NCBI GenBank assembly: GCA_018372555.1
Contig: JAHAIU010000002.1
Location: 3,308-67,307 of the forward strand
Length of the DNA: 64,000 nt
Source of the DNA: Clostridium sp.
GTDB lineage: Bacteria; Bacillota; Clostridia; Clostridiales; Clostridiaceae
Direction: 5' to 3'
How positions within the stretch are numbered: position 1 is the first letter of the stretch; the number at the start of each line of letters is the position of its first letter. The notes under the pieces were generated by a model. The model was not told the DNA's origin and did no database searches. It saw only the letters and a program-made list of their open reading frames with translations. Of the stretch, positions 60,262-64,000 are shown piece by piece. A program made the position numbers and the translations under genes.

Positions 60262-61332
60262 TTATCTTTCTTCTAATAATACTTTTAAATCTTCTCTTAA
60301 CTTTCTATTCAAAGAATACTCGCTTAAATAATATAATTTACTATTTATATCATCATCATTCTTATCAAGAGTATAATAAGTTATTGCCATATTTACAGCT
60401 AAATTCTCACTAACCTTTTTTATTTCTATAATATTTTCTTCATCTTTATCTATTGTCATTATCTCACTTAAATCAATTGAAGTTTTACCCATAGCAATTA
60501 ATTTTAAGAATTTTAAATGACCTTGAGTAAATCTTTCTGCTGCATTAATTAAATGAATTAAAGTTCTATAAGCATACTCAATCTCTCCAGACTTAACAAA
60601 ACTTCTATAGAAATGTTGTATTATCCCTATAACTTGATTATTATTCTTTATTTGAGCCATAAATCCTAAAATTATTATTTTATTTTCATCATTAAAAGTA
60701 ATTAAATTATTAGTAATCCAATTTACTATTTCTTCTGTTTTAACTCCCTCACTAGCTAGCTTACATAAAAGGTTTGTAGCCTTTAAATTAAGCTTTGCAT
60801 TCTTTTGAGAGACTCTTTCTAATATAGAAACAGCATTTCCTTTAAAACTATAAATTATCATAAGAACACTGTTTTCTACAGCTACTTTCCACTCTTCCTT
60901 ATCAGAGTATTTATTTTCATACTCCTCTGGCATATGTATATTATTATTTAAAAACTTAGGTAGTTCACTTAAATTATTTTTACCAATTCTTATTGCTGAA
61001 TCTCTTGCAACAGACTTTACTTTATCAAAATCATCATAAATATCTATAACTTTTAAGATTTCATTTATAATTAAATTATCTATGTCTTCCTTGCTAGGTT
61101 CATGACTTTCTTCTTTGTAGGCTTCTCCTGTTTTTTCTATATCTAATTCTTCTATTTCCTTTTCTTCTATTTCTTTATCAATATCCTCTAATTCTACTAT
61201 ATCAGAAACTATCTCTTCATTATTTATATCTTTAATATAATTTTCCCTTTTATCATCCTCGAAAAAATTATAATCATCTTCATTTTCATACATTCCATTT
61301 TTAAATCTTTTAAAAAAACTAAAAATCCCCAT
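60262..61332 (-). CDS. Hypothetical protein (amphipathic N-terminus, acidic linker, helical C-terminal domain)
   Basis: 356-aa ORF with RBS AGGAGG, overlapping the DUF523 stop codon. Confidence 0.75.
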   Translation of the reverse strand: MGIFSFFKRFKNGMYENEDDYNFFEDDKRENYIKDINNEEIVSDIVELEDIDKEIEEKEIEELDIEKTGEAYKEESHEPSKEDIDNLIINEILKVIDIYDDFDKVKSVARDSAIRIGKNNLSELPKFLNNNIHMPEEYENKYSDKEEWKVAVENSVLMIIYSFKGNAVSILERVSQKNAKLNLKATNLLCKLASEGVKTEEIVNWITNNLITFNDENKIIILGFMAQIKNNNQVIGIIQHFYRSFVKSGEIEYAYRTLIHLINAAERFTQGHLKFLKLIAMGKTSIDLSEIMTIDKDEENIIEIKKVSENLAVNMAITYYTLDKNDDDINSKLYYLSEYSLNRKLREDLKVLLEER

Positions 61333-61789
61333 TGCTAATTCCTCCTAGGTCTGTATCTCCTATTACTTCAATTCCATTTTCATCTAAAATCATTGCAGTT
61401 AAACCCATAGCTGAAATTTTCTTAGAAGAAAAGGTTCCATCATAAACATATTTTACCCCACAAGAAGGACTCCCCTCTTTTAAAATTGCTTTCTTTATAT
61501 CATATAAATTTGCAATTTTTAGAGTTTCTTGTGCTCCCTTTAAAAATTCATATGTTACATCTTTATTATCTTTTGTTATAATTTTACTTTTATTATCTTT
61601 CTTTAGTATTCCTTCTGATGTACCTATTATCTCAGCTGGTACTCTAGGGGTAGCTAATCCACCTAGTTGCTCAGGGCATATAAGTATGGCTTTACCTTCC
61701 TTAACTAGCTCTAAACATTTAGTATTCAAATTATTTTCACCATTATATTTACAATTAACTCCACATAAGCAACTACTAATAAGATACAT
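61319..61789 (-). CDS. DUF523 / 2-thiouracil desulfurase family protein
   Basis: SSCLCG..CKYNG, CPEQLGGL.TPR and KEGSPSCG motifs. Confidence 0.9.
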   Translation of the reverse strand: MYLISSCLCGVNCKYNGENNLNTKCLELVKEGKAILICPEQLGGLATPRVPAEIIGTSEGILKKDNKSKIITKDNKDVTYEFLKGAQETLKIANLYDIKKAILKEGSPSCGVKYVYDGTFSSKKISAMGLTAMILDENGIEVIGDTDLGGISNGDF

Positions 61790-61930
61790 AAGAACACCTC
61801 TTTTCTATAACAATTATATCACAAAAAAAAATCCAAGGCGACTTTACATATATTAAAAATTTCTTTCAATTTTACTTATCTTTATTAATATCTATTTTTC
61901 AATTAATGATCTGCATCTATAGTTTTATAT

Positions 61931-61976
61931 CATTATAAAATGAAAAATTAATGAAAAAACTCCCGAAGGAGTTTTT
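61931..61976 (+). repeat. Type I arm of the element; probably doubles as the mutS2 terminator
   Basis: CATTATA AAATGAA AAATTAA TGAAAAAACTCC-CGAA-GGAGTTTTT; the minus-strand RNA would carry a C-UUCG-G loop. Confidence 0.8.
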
Positions 61977-62078
61977 AAAAGTTTAATATTAAAAACAAAT
62001 AATTTTTCACTTTATATACTGATACAGTACCTTTTAATGGTATCTAATGCAAGCCTAAAAGATTTTTTATAATTAATA

Positions 62079-64000
62079 TTACTTTAATATAGCTATAGTA
62101 ACTCCATCTCCACCTTCACCATACTCTCCAAGTCTATAACTCTTAACATGAGGGTGTTTTTTTAGCATATTTGTAATAGCCTTTCTTAAAATACCTGTAC
62201 CTTTTCCATGCACTATAGTAACTTCTCCAAGGTTAGCAAGATAAGCTTCATCTAAATACTTATCAGTTTTAAAACAAGCTTCTTCTGCATCCATGCCCCT
62301 TAAGTCTACTCTACTTTCAACTGCTTTTAAGTTAAGCTTAAGTTCTCTTTTTTTCTTTTCTTTTTTATTACTAGCGCTTTTAACTAGTCTTAAATCCTTA
62401 AGTTTAACATTAATCTTCATTATTCCAGCTTCTACTTGTACTTCACCCTTATTATCAGGCATTGTTATTATTATTACATTTTGATTTAAAGAAGGCAGAT
62501 AAGCATCCATTCCTAAAGTTACTTTAGTTATGGCTTCCCCTTGATTTTCTTTTTCCTTATATAAATCTGATTCCTTCTTTTCTAAGCTGTCCTTAAGCTT
62601 CTTTCTTTCTTCTTCAAGTCTTGCTCTTCCACCTTGAGCTATACCAAGCTTTTCAAGTTCCCTCATAGCTTTAAGGATTTCATCTGCTTCATCCTTAGCC
62701 TTAGAAATTATATCTTTAGCTTCTCTTCTAGCTTCACTATAGGCTTTATCTCTTACTTCATCTAACTTCTTTAATTTTTCTTCATACTTCTTTTTAACTT
62801 CTTCAGCATCAATTTTTAATTTCTTAGCTTCTCTAGCATCCCTATTAGCTAATATACTCTTTTCTTGTAAATCCCTAATTAAATCTTCAAACTTTAGATT
62901 TTCAGAAGAAATATTATTTTTAGCCTTATTTATTACCTCTTCTTTAAGTCCTAATCTTTTAGAAATTTCAAAGGCATTAGATTTACCTGGAACCCCAATT
63001 AGTAATCTATAAGTAGGTCTTAATGTCTCAACATCAAATTCTACTGAAGCATTTTCTATACCTTCAGTTCTTAATGCATAACCTTTTAATTCACTATAGT
63101 GAGTAGTTGCTATTAATTTAGCTTTTCTTTCTCTTAATGAATCAAGTATTGCTATAGCAAGCGCAGCACCTTCTACTGGATCCGTTCCTGAACCTATTTC
63201 ATCAAATAATACTAAGGATGAATCTGAGGCATTTTCCATTATTCTAACTACATTAGTCATGTGAGATGAAAAAGTTGAAAGTGATTGTTCAATACTTTGC
63301 TCATCACCTATATCTGCAAAAATTTCTTTAAAGAATCCTATGCTTGATGCATCTTTTGCTGGTATAAGTATCCCACTTAAAGCCATTAAATGTATTAATC
63401 CTACAGTCTTTAAAGTAACTGTTTTACCACCTGTATTCGGACCTGTAATCATAAGTGTATTAAATTCCTTACCTAAATAAACATCAGAAGGAACTACAAC
63501 CTTTGGATCAATAAGCGGATGTCTTCCTTGGATAATATCAAAACTTCTATCATCACTAACAGTCGGACATATTCCATTTATACTTGAACTATACTTAGCT
63601 TTAGCAAATATAAAATCTAGTTCTGTTAATATCTTATAGTTACTTTCAATAATTTCTATTTCATCATATACCTTATTGGATAATTCCATTAATATTCTTT
63701 CAATTTCAGCCTTTTCCTTAAGCTTTAATTCTTTAATTTCATTATTTAAGTTAACAAGGCTCATAGGCTCTATAAATAAGGTTGCTCCTGTTGAGCTTTG
63801 ATCATGAACAAGACCAGGAACTTGACCTTTGTATTCTGCTTTTACAGGCAATACATATCTGTCACCTCTCATTGTATATAATGAGTCTTGAAGATATTTT
63901 GAATTTGATCTAACTATAGAATTAATCTTATCCCTTACAGAAGAGTTCTTTTCTTTTAAATTCCTTCTAATTGAACTTAATATAGAGCTAGCTCTATCAC
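62079..64000 (-). CDS. mutS2: Endonuclease / ribosome-collision factor MutS2 (5'-partial)
   Basis: TGPNTGGKT, DEIGSGTDP and TTHY motifs; KOW and Smr (IVHGKGTG) domains; the frame stays open to the window edge. Confidence 0.96.
   Translation of the reverse strand, partial: DRASSILSSIRRNLKEKNSSVRDKINSIVRSNSKYLQDSLYTMRGDRYVLPVKAEYKGQVPGLVHDQSSTGATLFIEPMSLVNLNNEIKELKLKEKAEIERILMELSNKVYDEIEIIESNYKILTELDFIFAKAKYSSSINGICPTVSDDRSFDIIQGRHPLIDPKVVVPSDVYLGKEFNTLMITGPNTGGKTVTLKTVGLIHLMALSGILIPAKDASSIGFFKEIFADIGDEQSIEQSLSTFSSHMTNVVRIMENASDSSLVLFDEIGSGTDPVEGAALAIAILDSLRERKAKLIATTHYSELKGYALRTEGIENASVEFDVETLRPTYRLLIGVPGKSNAFEISKRLGLKEEVINKAKNNISSENLKFEDLIRDLQEKSILANRDAREAKKLKIDAEEVKKKYEEKLKKLDEVRDKAYSEARREAKDIISKAKDEADEILKAMRELEKLGIAQGGRARLEEERKKLKDSLEKKESDLYKEKENQGEAITKVTLGMDAYLPSLNQNVIIITMPDNKGEVQVEAGIMKINVKLKDLRLVKSASNKKEKKKRELKLNLKAVESRVDLRGMDAEEACFKTDKYLDEAYLANLGEVTIVHGKGTGILRKAITNMLKKHPHVKSYRLGEYGEGGDGVTIAILK

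Noticed and set aside
62079..63872. Truncated MutS2 (597 aa in the ORF track)
   Set aside because: The frame is open to the window edge; the N-terminus simply lies outside the window.

Overview
A very AT-rich core-chromosome segment of a spore-forming Clostridium sensu stricto-like firmicute (taxon inferred from gene content and order). It has 68 CDSs, 65 of them on the minus strand, so the minus strand is probably the leading strand. Read in the minus-strand direction the order is: mutS2 (partial); DUF523-hypothetical-M15 carboxypeptidase; Orn/Lys/Arg decarboxylase (+); rplY; pgm; TPR protein; a four-gene glycan cassette (TagA/WecB, MurJ, two GT4) plus a cyclohydrolase; pdaA (+); ychF; a reduced dcw cluster (mraZ to divIVA, without murD, murG, ftsA, ftsZ or yggT); rluA-pyrR-THUMP methyltransferase; rqcH (+); dapF and a lipoprotein; a nine-gene type IV pilus/ComG-like locus; efp; a Zn-ribbon protein; spoIIIAA-AH; asp23-nusB-folD-xseAB-ispA-dxs-tlyA-nadK-argR-recN; spoIVB. 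I saw no rRNA, tRNA, CRISPR array, transposase or prophage. The clearest unexplained structure is non-coding: a family of dispersed intergenic elements built from 7-nt tandem repeats (nAATTAA-like) that flank a conserved TGAAAAAACTCC-N4-GGAGTTTT hairpin and/or a second conserved arm. It occurs at about 8 sites in complete, one-armed and core-less forms. All copies whose direction can be read share one orientation, and several abut stop codons. Promoter calls are by-eye matches to Bacillus/Clostridium sigma-factor consensus sequences, and several start codons were moved from the ORF track using RBS position.
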